NCBI GenBank assembly: GCA_016181465.1
Contig: JACOZG010000021.1
Coordinates: 1 to 53,257 of the forward strand
Direction of reading: 5' to 3'
Length of the DNA: 53,257 nucleotides
Source: Candidatus Vogelbacteria bacterium
Lineage (GTDB): Bacteria > Patescibacteriota > Minisyncoccia > Phycocordibacterales > JACOZG01
Both the position numbers and the translations under genes were made by a program. The notes under the pieces were generated by a model, which saw nothing but the letters and a program-made list of their open reading frames with translations, made no database searches and was not told the DNA's origin. Below are positions 20,547-29,495 of this stretch, one piece after another. Positions within the stretch are counted from its first letter, which is position 1. Each line of letters begins with the position of its first letter.

Positions 20547-21029
20547 CTAATCGCAGGCTTGATCAGTAATAGTCGGAGCTCCAGTCGTTTGTTTTGATGC
20601 TCCATTACTGTCAGCGCACCAATATTCACCAGTATCATTGACTAATTGAGCAGAAGCAGCCCACGCTGTCGCTGTACTATCACAAGCTACAGCGCCTGAA
20701 GGCACATCTATAGCATCTAATATGGCTTGAACTTGGGTATTCGCCCACAAACTGTCAGCAGTACCACCAGAGCAATCAGTAGAAGCTGTACCGTAATCAC
20801 TGTTATCATCGTAAAAAATCTCGGCTTGAGAACGAAGACTGGCCATTTCTGATTTAATTTGAGCGTCTCGAGCCTTATTTCTAGCAGTACTCAACGATGT
20901 CAACACAATACCGGACAAGATGCCGATGATGGCGATGACGACGAGGAGTTCGATCAGGGTGAAACCCGCCCCGCCTACGGCGGTTCGGGCAGGCCCTTTC
21001 TTAGCAACTTTCAAGAAATTCGAATTCAT
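20547..21029 (-). CDS. Major type IV pilin
   Basis: G|FTLIELLVVIAIIGILSGIVL..ARNKARDA..WCADS. Confidence 0.9.
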   Translation of the reverse strand: MNSNFLKVAKKGPARTAVGGAGFTLIELLVVIAIIGILSGIVLTSLSTARNKARDAQIKSEMASLRSQAEIFYDDNSDYGTASTDCSGGTADSLWANTQVQAILDAIDVPSGAVACDSTATAWAASAQLVNDTGEYWCADSNGASKQTTGAPTITDQACD

Positions 21030-21088
21030 AATTTTGATAATTATTTAATAATTAAAAACATTTCGACTTTTGTTTATAATAACACTTA

Positions 21089-21448
21089 TTAGACCGCAAG
21101 ACCAACCACTTTTTCCACTTTCATCAACCGCTTCTCGTGGGTAACAAAAATGTCAAGGCGGTTATCAAGATTACTTAATTTTTGGTCAACGCCATCGAAC
21201 CTGGTCTCTACTTTCTCAAACTTATCACCTACCTCGTCAAAACCAAGTTTGGTGGCTTTAGCTAAACGACCAAGATCGTTCTGCAAACTTTCAATATCCG
21301 TCCGTAAACCAGCAATGTCGGCTTTATCGGCTTTTTTGGATAATTCGGCACGGACATCGGCAAAACCGCTCTCGACCATTTTTGTCAAACTCCTGACATC
21401 AGTGGCCAAACTATCTAAGGTCACCGGCTTTTCGGCTGATTTCGCCAT
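21089..21448 (-). CDS. Coiled-coil hypothetical protein
   Basis: Heptad pattern, TGnTATAAT 5 nt before ATG. Confidence 0.75.
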   Translation of the reverse strand: MAKSAEKPVTLDSLATDVRSLTKMVESGFADVRAELSKKADKADIAGLRTDIESLQNDLGRLAKATKLGFDEVGDKFEKVETRFDGVDQKLSNLDNRLDIFVTHEKRLMKVEKVVGLAV

Positions 21449-21494
21449 AACCTATTATATCACCTGGCTGGAAAAGGCAAGTGTGGATAAGAAG

Positions 21495-21600
21495 GAAACG
21501 CAAAACGTAAAGAGAAAAGCTAAAAATAACAGTTTAAAACTTAAAACATTGTTAATTTTGAGCTGTTGTTTAAAACTTTGCGCTTTTAACTTTAAACTTC
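21495..21600. repeat. AT-rich imperfect palindrome with ~7-nt periodicity (copy A)
   Basis: AAAACGTAAAGAGAAAAGCTAAAA..TTTAAAACTTAAAA..TTTTGAGCTGTTG..TTTAAACTT; similar to 22867-22969. Confidence 0.75.
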
Positions 21601-21657
21601 CTAGATTCCCTGCGCCAGATTGCCCGCCCGACCGAACGGTCGTTCGGGCGGGTAGAT
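21601..21657 (-). pseudogene. Duplicate pilC 3' end carrying a palindromic insert
   Basis: ATC TAC [30 nt] AAT CTG GCG CAG GGA ATC TAG = IY..NLAQGI*, the same peptide as the pilC end with different codons. Confidence 0.8.
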
Positions 21658-21661
21658 CGTA

Positions 21662-22864
21662 TCAAATACCCTGAGCTAAATTATAAATTGGTAAAAGAAC
21701 CGAAGTCAGGAGAATGCCGACCATCACGCCGAGGAGGACAATGAGCGCCGGCTCGATCAAGTCCACCAGGGTCTTGATTTCATTATCCACCTCGCGCCGG
21801 TAAAAGCGGGACAGGGTTTCCAACACAAACCCGAGCTTGCCGGTTTCCTCGCCGACCTTCATCATCTGAACCATAATGGTCGGGATCTCGCGGTACTTGT
21901 ACATCACGGTGGAGATCAGCGAGCCAGCTTTCAGATTGACGCCGGCTTCAACCAGGATCCCGCGATAAACCTCATTGTCCACCACATCAGCGGTGATCTC
22001 GATTGCCCGAACCATCGAAATACCCGAGGTCAGCATAGTCGAGAGATTGTCGGCGATGCGCGAGAGATAGATCTTGCGGTAGAGATTGCCGATGTAGGGC
22101 ACGGCCAGTTTAAAACGGGAGACGCTCACCTGGCCGACTGCGGTGTGGGCATAACGATTGACGAAAACCGTCAGAATCACGAGGAGGATAAACAAAAACA
22201 CGCCGTAATTGACGAAAAAATTAGACACGGCGATGACAATCTTGGTGTAAATCGGGATGTCTTGGCCGGTCTCGGTCAAAATGGCGGTCAAACGGGGAAT
22301 GACAAAAGTCAGCATCAGAATCATGACGCCGATAAAGGAGACGATAATGAAAATCGGATAAATCAGAGCGTTCCGGGCTTTGGAAGAAAGTTCGTAGGAC
22401 CGCTCCAGGTGATCAGCCAAATAATTAAAGTTGTCCGAAATGCGGCCCGATTCCTCGCCGGCTTCGACCATGTGAACATAGAAATTGGAGAAGACCTTCG
22501 GGTGTTTGCCGAGCGCCTCGGAAATGGTCACGCCGGCTTTAACATCGTCCGTAACCTCGGTTAGAATCCGGCGCAGAACCGGATTCTCGGCCTCGGTGGC
22601 GAGCATTCGGAAAGTGGACAAGGCCGAAACCTTGGCTTCAAACAGGGTGGCGATTTGGCGCGACAAGATCACCACATCCTTGTTTTTGATTCGACTGGCG
22701 GAAAGCAGGCGGGCAAACCAGGAACCGGCGCCTTCGGCCTTGACATCAATGACAATCAGTCCGCGGCGCTGGAGCGAGGCAATGGCGAGATTGGCGCTTG
22801 GCGCCTCCACCGTGCCGGCTTGCGCTTCGCCTTCTTTAGTGGTGGCTTGGTAGTTGAAAATCAT
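21662..22864 (-). CDS. pilC: Type IV pilus platform protein PilC/GspF
   Basis: AGEESG, NALIYP, VGEETGKL, LIEP. Confidence 0.93.
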   Translation of the reverse strand: MIFNYQATTKEGEAQAGTVEAPSANLAIASLQRRGLIVIDVKAEGAGSWFARLLSASRIKNKDVVILSRQIATLFEAKVSALSTFRMLATEAENPVLRRILTEVTDDVKAGVTISEALGKHPKVFSNFYVHMVEAGEESGRISDNFNYLADHLERSYELSSKARNALIYPIFIIVSFIGVMILMLTFVIPRLTAILTETGQDIPIYTKIVIAVSNFFVNYGVFLFILLVILTVFVNRYAHTAVGQVSVSRFKLAVPYIGNLYRKIYLSRIADNLSTMLTSGISMVRAIEITADVVDNEVYRGILVEAGVNLKAGSLISTVMYKYREIPTIMVQMMKVGEETGKLGFVLETLSRFYRREVDNEIKTLVDLIEPALIVLLGVMVGILLTSVLLPIYNLAQGI

Positions 22865-22866
22865 GG

Positions 22867-22969
22867 AAACGTAAAGCTAAAAACGAAAAACTTAAAACAA
22901 CAATTTAAAACTTAAAATATTTTGAATTTTGAGTTGTTGCTTTAAACTTTTCACTTTAAATTTTACACT
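22867..22969. repeat. AT-rich imperfect palindrome (copy B)
   Basis: GAAACGTAAAGCTAAAAACG..TTTAAAACTTAAAA..TTTTGAGTTGTTG..TTTACACTT. Confidence 0.75.
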
Positions 22970-24034
22970 TTAGAGTAGGCGGTCGAGGCCTTTGGGATTG
23001 AGCGAATAGCGGTAGGCGTTCTCGGAAGTAATCTCGCCGCGCTGAACCAATTCAGACAATGAGTGATTCAAATCAACCATGCCCTGATCCGAACCGGTCT
23101 CAATCACCACATCAATTTCCGGCGTTCGACCCTCACGGACGAGATTGGCGACGGCGGTGTTGTTGAGCAGGAGTTCATAGGCCGGAATCAGACCGCCGGA
23201 GACACGGGCAATAAGCCGCTGGGAAAAGATGCCGATTAAGGAGCCCGCGAGCTGAACCCGAATTTGTCTTTGCTGATTGGCCGGGAACGAATCAATGATC
23301 CGATCAATGGTCTGGGAAGCGGAGTTGGTGTGGAGGGTGGAAAGAATCAAGTGGCCGGTTTCGGCGGCGGTAACGGCCGTACTAATCGTTTCGGGATTCC
23401 GCATCTCGCCGATCATCGCCACATTGACATCCTGCCGGAACATTGAACGCAAGGCGATGTGGAAACTCTTGGTGTCGAAACGAACTTCGCGCTGATCAAT
23501 GATTGACCGGTCGGAAACGAACATATACTCAATCGGATCCTCAATGGTGATAATGTGCTCGGAACGTTCTTGATTGATCAGCTGGACCATCGCGGCCAAA
23601 GTGGTGGATTTGCCCTGGCCGACCGGTCCGACCACCAGAAAAAAACCTTGTTTCCGGCGGGCGAAATCGGCCAAGCGGTCCGGCAGATTGAGTTCGACGA
23701 GCGACGGTATCTTAGTCGAGATCAGACGGAAAGCCGCGCCGACAAAGCCCTTCTGGTAAAAAGCGTTGCAGCGGAAACGGACACCGGCGGCGACCGAGTA
23801 AGAAAAGTCAATTTCCTTCTCGGCCAGAAAAAGCTTTTTGTTGACATCGCTTAAGGCCTCGGTGACGAGCCCCATTGTGTCTTCCGCCGTCAGAATATTT
23901 TTCTTGACCACCGGGATCAAGTCGCCCGCCACGCGAATCGTCGGGTGCCGGCCGACGGTTAAATGAAGGTCTGATCCCCCTTCTTTGGTAACAATCAAAA
24001 CCAGATCCTCCAATTCGCGTTTGTAATCACTCAT
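22970..24034 (-). CDS. pilT: Retraction ATPase PilT
   Basis: SDLHL, GPVGQGKSTT, EDPIE, AAETGHL, TLHTN. Confidence 0.94.
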   Translation of the reverse strand: MSDYKRELEDLVLIVTKEGGSDLHLTVGRHPTIRVAGDLIPVVKKNILTAEDTMGLVTEALSDVNKKLFLAEKEIDFSYSVAAGVRFRCNAFYQKGFVGAAFRLISTKIPSLVELNLPDRLADFARRKQGFFLVVGPVGQGKSTTLAAMVQLINQERSEHIITIEDPIEYMFVSDRSIIDQREVRFDTKSFHIALRSMFRQDVNVAMIGEMRNPETISTAVTAAETGHLILSTLHTNSASQTIDRIIDSFPANQQRQIRVQLAGSLIGIFSQRLIARVSGGLIPAYELLLNNTAVANLVREGRTPEIDVVIETGSDQGMVDLNHSLSELVQRGEITSENAYRYSLNPKGLDRLL

Positions 24035-24431
24035 TTTTGACTTTTGATTTTGACTCGGCGGCAATCGCGCTCACCTTATTGACCACTTCCGAGGGCGTGG
24101 CCGAGGCCTTGATGATGTAGCCGTCCACCCCCAAACCCAGACCTTTCTCAATGTCTTCTTTCTGACCGAGATTGGAAAGGATGATGATCGCCGCCTCCTT
24201 ATTCGCCCCCTGCTCGCGCAATTTCTCAATCAGCTGAAAGCCGTCCATACCGGGCATAATCAGATCCACCAGAAAAATAGCGGGCTGGAAACCGGCATTA
24301 AATTGAGCCAGGGCGTCGTCGGCCGAGAGCGCGGTGGCCACCTCAAAACCGCGCTCGCTGAACTTGAGCGCGTACATATCCAGCAAAAACTTATCGTCGT
24401 CAACAATCAAAATTTTAGATTTTTGGTCCAT
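24027..24431 (-). CDS. Single-domain response regulator
   Basis: ILIVDDD, DLIMPGMDG, YIIKA. Confidence 0.9.
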   Translation of the reverse strand: MDQKSKILIVDDDKFLLDMYALKFSERGFEVATALSADDALAQFNAGFQPAIFLVDLIMPGMDGFQLIEKLREQGANKEAAIIILSNLGQKEDIEKGLGLGVDGYIIKASATPSEVVNKVSAIAAESKSKVKNE

Positions 24432-24448
24432 AGTGTTTCTTAATTATA

Positions 24449-26014
24449 CTACAGCTTGCTCACCTCTTCAAAAGGCACCAGGCCGTCAAAGGCCTTCAAG
24501 AGGCAATCCTCGCGCATGGTTAAGAGGCCGTTCGCCCGGGCCACTTTGGTAATCTCTGACTCCACCGGATTAGTCAAAATCAGCTCCTCCAGCTCTTTAT
24601 TCATCGCCAGCACCTCAAAAACCGCGGTTCGACCCTTAGTGCCGCCGGAGCAGGTGGCCGAGCGCTTGGCCCGATAAACCGCCGGCGGCACCTTGATCTT
24701 GGACCGGAAACGGGGTGAGATGCCTTCCAGCTCTTTGTCAATCATGGCCTTAACCGAGCCCTCGACCGGCACTGGCTCTTTTGAGTCCGGACACAGAAGC
24801 GGCACCAAGCGCTGGGCAATGGCCAGGACTAAAGTGGCCGGAATGAGATAGGCGTCCACCCCCATATCAATGAGACGCGGCACCACGCCGGCGGTGTTGT
24901 TGGTGTGCAAGGTGGCAAACACCAGATGGCCGGTGAGCGAGGCCTGAACCGCCAGCTTGGCCGTTTCCGAATCGCGGATTTCCCCGACCATGATAATGTC
25001 CGGGTCCTGGCGGAGAATGGAGCGGAGACCGTTGGCAAAAGTATAATTGATTTCCGGCTGAACCTGCGATTGATTCATCCCCGCGATATTGTACTCAATC
25101 GGATCTTCCAGGGAAACGGCGTTATTTTTCTCCTTGTCTATTTCCTGAAGCATGGAATAGAGAGTGGTGGTTTTGCCAGAACCGGTCGGGCCGGTTAGGA
25201 GGATCAAACCGTACGGCCGTTTAATCATCTCGTCTATAATCTCCAGGTTGCCGGCCGACAAGCCGAGCGAGGGCAGAGTCAGAAGCGTGCGTTCCGGATC
25301 AAGAATCCGGATCACCACCTTCTCGCCGAAATAGGTCGGCATGGTGGAGACGCGGAAATCAATTTTCCGATTTTCAATCCGGGCGGAAAAGCGGCCGTCC
25401 TGTGGTTTGCGACGTTCATCCAGCTTCATATTCGTCAAAATCTTGATCCGCGCCACCACCGAATCATGAACCGCGTTAGGCAAAAACAACGAGGTGTAGA
25501 GAGCGCCGTCAACTCGAAAGCGCACCTTGACCCGATCGCCGGTGGGTTCAATATGGATGTCCGAGGCGTTGCCGCTCGTCGCATGCTGGAGAATCACGGC
25601 GACAATTTTCGTCACCGGCGCCTCTTCAATGATCTTGGCCGCGGCCGCCGGCTTAACCGCGGTCGCCGGTTCGTCGGCCTTGGCTTTTTCAATCTCCACA
25701 TCCAGATCGCTCAAGGCCTTGGACACTTGGCTGGTTAGTCCTTCGTAACTTTGCAAAACATTGTCAAAACTGACTTGAGAAATCCGAAAAATCTTGTACG
25801 GGAAACCGAGTTTGGAAGCGATGAATTGGAGGGCGTCGCGGGCCTCGAGGTTGCCCGGATCAAGCATGCCGACTTCCAAGACGCCGTCTTTCAACCCGAG
25901 CGGGACGAACTGGTAATGGACGACGGAATTTCGCGAAACATAATTCAAGACCTCCGGCGCGATCTGGTGATCCGGCGGCACTTCCCGAATTGGAATTTCG
26001 ACTTTATCGTCCAC
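24449..26014 (-). CDS. pilB: Assembly ATPase PilB/GspE
   Basis: SDIHIEP, GPTGSGKTTT, RQDPD, TLHTN; GTG start at VDDKVE. Confidence 0.94.
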   Translation of the reverse strand: MDDKVEIPIREVPPDHQIAPEVLNYVSRNSVVHYQFVPLGLKDGVLEVGMLDPGNLEARDALQFIASKLGFPYKIFRISQVSFDNVLQSYEGLTSQVSKALSDLDVEIEKAKADEPATAVKPAAAAKIIEEAPVTKIVAVILQHATSGNASDIHIEPTGDRVKVRFRVDGALYTSLFLPNAVHDSVVARIKILTNMKLDERRKPQDGRFSARIENRKIDFRVSTMPTYFGEKVVIRILDPERTLLTLPSLGLSAGNLEIIDEMIKRPYGLILLTGPTGSGKTTTLYSMLQEIDKEKNNAVSLEDPIEYNIAGMNQSQVQPEINYTFANGLRSILRQDPDIIMVGEIRDSETAKLAVQASLTGHLVFATLHTNNTAGVVPRLIDMGVDAYLIPATLVLAIAQRLVPLLCPDSKEPVPVEGSVKAMIDKELEGISPRFRSKIKVPPAVYRAKRSATCSGGTKGRTAVFEVLAMNKELEELILTNPVESEITKVARANGLLTMREDCLLKAFDGLVPFEEVSKL

Positions 26015-26369
26015 GGGTGGTGGTCGCGCTCGTACTCGTGGTGGCGGTTTCCCCGGCGTCAAAACCGGGCGGGGCGAAGGGGTTCTTCCGGCCGGCGGGT
26101 TCAGATACGAGCGCCCGGCGGAAATTAACCAAACTGTCCCAAACCGGGTGATTGAAAACCGCCTCGGCGTCAAGCTCAATGTCTTCCAGCCGATCGAGTA
26201 AACGCAAAAACTCGTCGTCAACCGGCGCGCCGGACGGCCGGGCGCTCGTCGCTTCGACCCCGGGCGGCTCGCTGGGCTCGCCGCTGACAAACAACGCCCG
26301 ATAAATAAACAGCGCGGCGGCGAAACCGACCGCCAGAATGATGATTTTAAAAATAACCCGTTTAGTCAT
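26004..26369 (-). CDS. Pilus operon membrane protein
   Basis: N-terminal TM, GRKNPFAP; sits in the usual pilP position. Confidence 0.7.
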   Translation of the reverse strand: MTKRVIFKIIILAVGFAAALFIYRALFVSGEPSEPPGVEATSARPSGAPVDDEFLRLLDRLEDIELDAEAVFNHPVWDSLVNFRRALVSEPAGRKNPFAPPGFDAGETATTSTSATTTRGR

Positions 26370-26376
26370 AACTAAA

Positions 26377-26907
26377 TTATTTCAACCAGTAAGTCCGCAA
26401 GCTGATTTGATAATCGTAAAGATTGCGGTCGTTGGCGGTAAAAGACAGCGAGTCAAGATCAACGATCCGAAGACTCTTGGCCAGATCGTCTAAAAAGAGT
26501 TTCAGAATCTCGTAGGAACTGGAAACGGCAAAACTGATCACCGCGGAACTCTCCCCGGCCGCCGGCGCCGGCTTATCCTCTTTGGCCTCTTCTTTAACGA
26601 TATTTGGGTTCCGGATCGTCAGACCGTATTTTTTGGCGATGTCGTTGATGTCAATAATCAAACGAACATTATCAATGTTATTCGGCAAAAATTCTTCCAG
26701 ATTCTTTTCGTCCGCCGGGTCAATAGCGTTATAGATCGCCGCCAGTTCGTCCTGCCGCTCCTTAAGTTTATTGGCGTGGGCCAGCGCGACCGTTAATTCC
26801 GCCTGCTGGATTTTCAGGGCGTCAACCTGATCCAAAAGCGGCGCCGTGAAATAGAAAAAGACCGCCGCCGCCAATCCAAGAATCAGAAATGGTAAAATGA
26901 TTTTCAT
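26377..26907 (-). CDS. pilO: PilO-like protein
   Basis: TM, coiled coil, FLDDLAKSLRIVD; synteny. Confidence 0.8.
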   Translation of the reverse strand: MKIILPFLILGLAAAVFFYFTAPLLDQVDALKIQQAELTVALAHANKLKERQDELAAIYNAIDPADEKNLEEFLPNNIDNVRLIIDINDIAKKYGLTIRNPNIVKEEAKEDKPAPAAGESSAVISFAVSSSYEILKLFLDDLAKSLRIVDLDSLSFTANDRNLYDYQISLRTYWLK

Positions 26908-27524
26908 AGCGGTTCAGCGGTCAAATCACCAAAATAAGACAGGACCGCCGGCGCCAAATCAAGTTTCAGATTGAACGAAACGCGGCCGGCGCTGTCAATA
27001 TTCAAATCGGAAAAAATGAAATCGGCCACCCGTCGGTCCTCGGAGAAGATGATGGACTGCAGGGCAATCCCCTCGTAATTCTTCGCCGAGCCGCGCAGGG
27101 TCAAACCGGGTCCGGTCTGGCTGAAACTGGAGTAGCGGACCGTCTGCAATGTCTCCGCTTCCAGCAATCGGAAAACCGGCAGGAGGGTGCGGTGATTATT
27201 GAGGATGGCGACCGCCCGTTTCAACAATTTATCCAGCCGTTCAATCTTCAAAATCAAGGCCTGATCAAGCGACTGGCGCCGCACTTCAATCGAAGCCAGG
27301 AGCCCGCAACCCTCGATCGCTCCTGGATTAGCCGACGGGCAGTTACGATTGATCTCGCTGTCTAAGGTCGCTCGATAAACATAGACCCCGCCGAAAAAGA
27401 GAAGAGCGACCACTAAAACGACCAGGCTAAGGAGGAAGAAAAGACCAAGCGGCTCCCGCCGGGGGCGCGGCTCCTTAGTCAAGACCTGTTTGGGAATGAA
27501 TGATGATTGAATATCTGCGGCCAT
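26904..27524 (-). CDS. PilN-like protein
   Basis: SSFIPK N-terminus, TM, located between pilM and pilO. Confidence 0.7.
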   Translation of the reverse strand: MAADIQSSFIPKQVLTKEPRPRREPLGLFFLLSLVVLVVALLFFGGVYVYRATLDSEINRNCPSANPGAIEGCGLLASIEVRRQSLDQALILKIERLDKLLKRAVAILNNHRTLLPVFRLLEAETLQTVRYSSFSQTGPGLTLRGSAKNYEGIALQSIIFSEDRRVADFIFSDLNIDSAGRVSFNLKLDLAPAVLSYFGDLTAEPL

Positions 27525-27545
27525 AATCCACGATCAATTAAGCAA

Positions 27546-28661
27546 TTAAGCCAGGGCCTCCAGATGCCGAAGCGCCAGACCAACCGCCACGGCAAAACCA
27601 GGACCGGTTTTCGAGAGCACCCCTTCCAGGAACGCCGGGTACTCCACTTTGGCGAACGGCTGGCCGAGCATTACCGGCACTTCAAAACTCTGTTGAGCGA
27701 GCTCGACCAGACCCCGGAGGAGCGCGCCGCTACCGATCAAAATGACCTTCTCAATCGAGCGACGCTGCCGCGTCTCGTAAATTGTCAACACCTTATGGGC
27801 CTCGGCGAAAATGTATTCCACGATGGTGCTGGCGAGACCGGAAATGTTCTGTCCCTCGTAACGTTCCAAGAGTCCGACCGACCGCTTAATCTCTTCGGCC
27901 TTGGCAAACTCCAAACCGAGCGAACGGGAAATCGCCAAAGTGATGTCTTGCGCGCCCTTGCTGATGGTGTGCGAGATCCGGACAATGCCGTAATCCACGA
28001 TCGCCAACTTGGTGGTGCCGGCGCCGAGATCCAGAATCACCGTCGCCCCGCGCTCGCCGGAAAAAATTGACCGAATGGCGCTAAAGGTCTCAATCTCGAA
28101 AAAGGCCGGCGTCAGTTCCAGACGTTTCAAGTGGGCGGTGTCCTGATTGATCACTTCTTTGTGGATGGCGGCGAGGAGCACCTCAACTTTTTTCGGCTCC
28201 CCGGCCGCCGGAGCGCCGGCGGCCGGTTGAGGAATCACCCACCAATCAAGTTCCACTTCTGAAATCGGCACAGGAATGTATTTACGCGCCTCAATCGGGA
28301 TAACCTTGCCGAGTTGAGACGGACTAAGCGGCGGCAACTCAATGATCAAGAGGAGACTGGAACGGAGCGGAATAGCGACGGAAACCGCCCGGGCGGTAAT
28401 ATTGGCCTCGCGGAAGAGATCGCCGAGGAGTTCCGCCATCTGATCGCCCGAGAGATTAGACACCTGGCCAACAGCGAGGTGACCGTAAGGGCCGACGGCC
28501 ATCTCGCCGTAGGTCTCAAGAATCGCCCGCCCCTTGTCGCGCCGCAGCTGCACCGCCTTAACCGAGGAATGACCAAGGTCAAGACCGACGACTCGATTAT
28601 CTTTCGTTTGCCAAAGAGCCGACTGACCAAAATGAAAAAACTTTCCCAGAGAATTTGCCAT
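27546..28661 (-). CDS. pilM: PilM, actin-like assembly protein
   Basis: VGLDLG..VKAVQL, EARKYIP, LDLGAGTT, AVAVGLALR. Confidence 0.92.
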   Translation of the reverse strand: MANSLGKFFHFGQSALWQTKDNRVVGLDLGHSSVKAVQLRRDKGRAILETYGEMAVGPYGHLAVGQVSNLSGDQMAELLGDLFREANITARAVSVAIPLRSSLLLIIELPPLSPSQLGKVIPIEARKYIPVPISEVELDWWVIPQPAAGAPAAGEPKKVEVLLAAIHKEVINQDTAHLKRLELTPAFFEIETFSAIRSIFSGERGATVILDLGAGTTKLAIVDYGIVRISHTISKGAQDITLAISRSLGLEFAKAEEIKRSVGLLERYEGQNISGLASTIVEYIFAEAHKVLTIYETRQRRSIEKVILIGSGALLRGLVELAQQSFEVPVMLGQPFAKVEYPAFLEGVLSKTGPGFAVAVGLALRHLEALA

Positions 28662-28709
28662 AATATTTCAATGAAATATTATAGCACGAGGTAATTATAC
28701 CACGATAGG

Positions 28710-29357
28710 ATGCTGACTTTTATCCACAGATACCTGCTCGACCTTTTCTTCCCCCAAAGCTGTCTTGGCTGCGGCCAACCGAAGGAACGACTCTGTGTTC
28801 GTTGCCTTGATGAGTTGCCGCCGCAGAATGCCCAAGAAAAAGGGGTTTTCAGCGTTTTTGACTACCAAACAGCTCTCATCAAAAGGGCGATCTGGCGTTT
28901 GAAATACAAGGGAGAAAAACCGATCGCTTTGAGACTCGGTCAGGAACTCTATCGGCGCGGCCGGGCGCGCCTTGATTTGCCGGCCAATCAGCATCAACCG
29001 CTAATAGTGATACCGATTCCGCTTAGCCGCCGGCGTCTGGCCGAACGCGGTTTTAATCAAGCCGCCCTGATCGCCAAAGCCCTCGTTGACTGTAACCCGA
29101 GCCAGCTACGATTTGCTGACGACGTTTTAGTCAAAATTAAAAACACGGCGGCGCAAGTGGCGATGAAGAGCCGCGCGGCGCGGCGCGCCAATCTCGCCGG
29201 CGCCTTTGCCGTTCGAAATTCAGCTCTCGTCGCTGGGCAAACGATCATCCTGATTGACGATGTGGCGACTACCGGCGCCACGATGGCCGAAGCCAAACGA
29301 ACGTTGATGAGCGTTGGCGCCAAACGAGTGATCAGCCTCACCGTGGCGCGTGGCTAG
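28710..29357 (+). CDS. comF: ComF-family competence protein
   Basis: Double zinc ribbon, RGFNQA, LIDDVATTGAT. Confidence 0.9.
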   Translation: MLTFIHRYLLDLFFPQSCLGCGQPKERLCVRCLDELPPQNAQEKGVFSVFDYQTALIKRAIWRLKYKGEKPIALRLGQELYRRGRARLDLPANQHQPLIVIPIPLSRRRLAERGFNQAALIAKALVDCNPSQLRFADDVLVKIKNTAAQVAMKSRAARRANLAGAFAVRNSALVAGQTIILIDDVATTGATMAEAKRTLMSVGAKRVISLTVARG

Positions 29358-29389
29358 AGATAAAAAATTGTGCTAGTTTAGAATTATCA

Positions 29390-29477
29390 GGAAGAGTGCC
29401 GGAGCGGTTAACGGAACGGTTTGCTAAACCGTGGGGATCTTAAAAGTCCCCCGTGGGTTCGAATCCCACCTCTTCCG
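29390..29477 (+). tRNA. tRNA-Ser(GCT)
   Basis: GGAAGAG/CTCTTCC stem, TTGCTAA loop, long variable arm. Confidence 0.95.
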
Positions 29478-29495
29478 TTTTTGAAAATCCGCCCG

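Noticed and set aside
14738..21029. Diversity-generating retroelement acting on pilins
   Set aside because: No reverse transcriptase and no TR/VR pair differing at adenines was seen.
26015..26290. N-terminal extension of PilB
   Set aside because: It overlaps the 26004-26369 gene, and the low-complexity Pro/Arg content is typical of an off-frame read.
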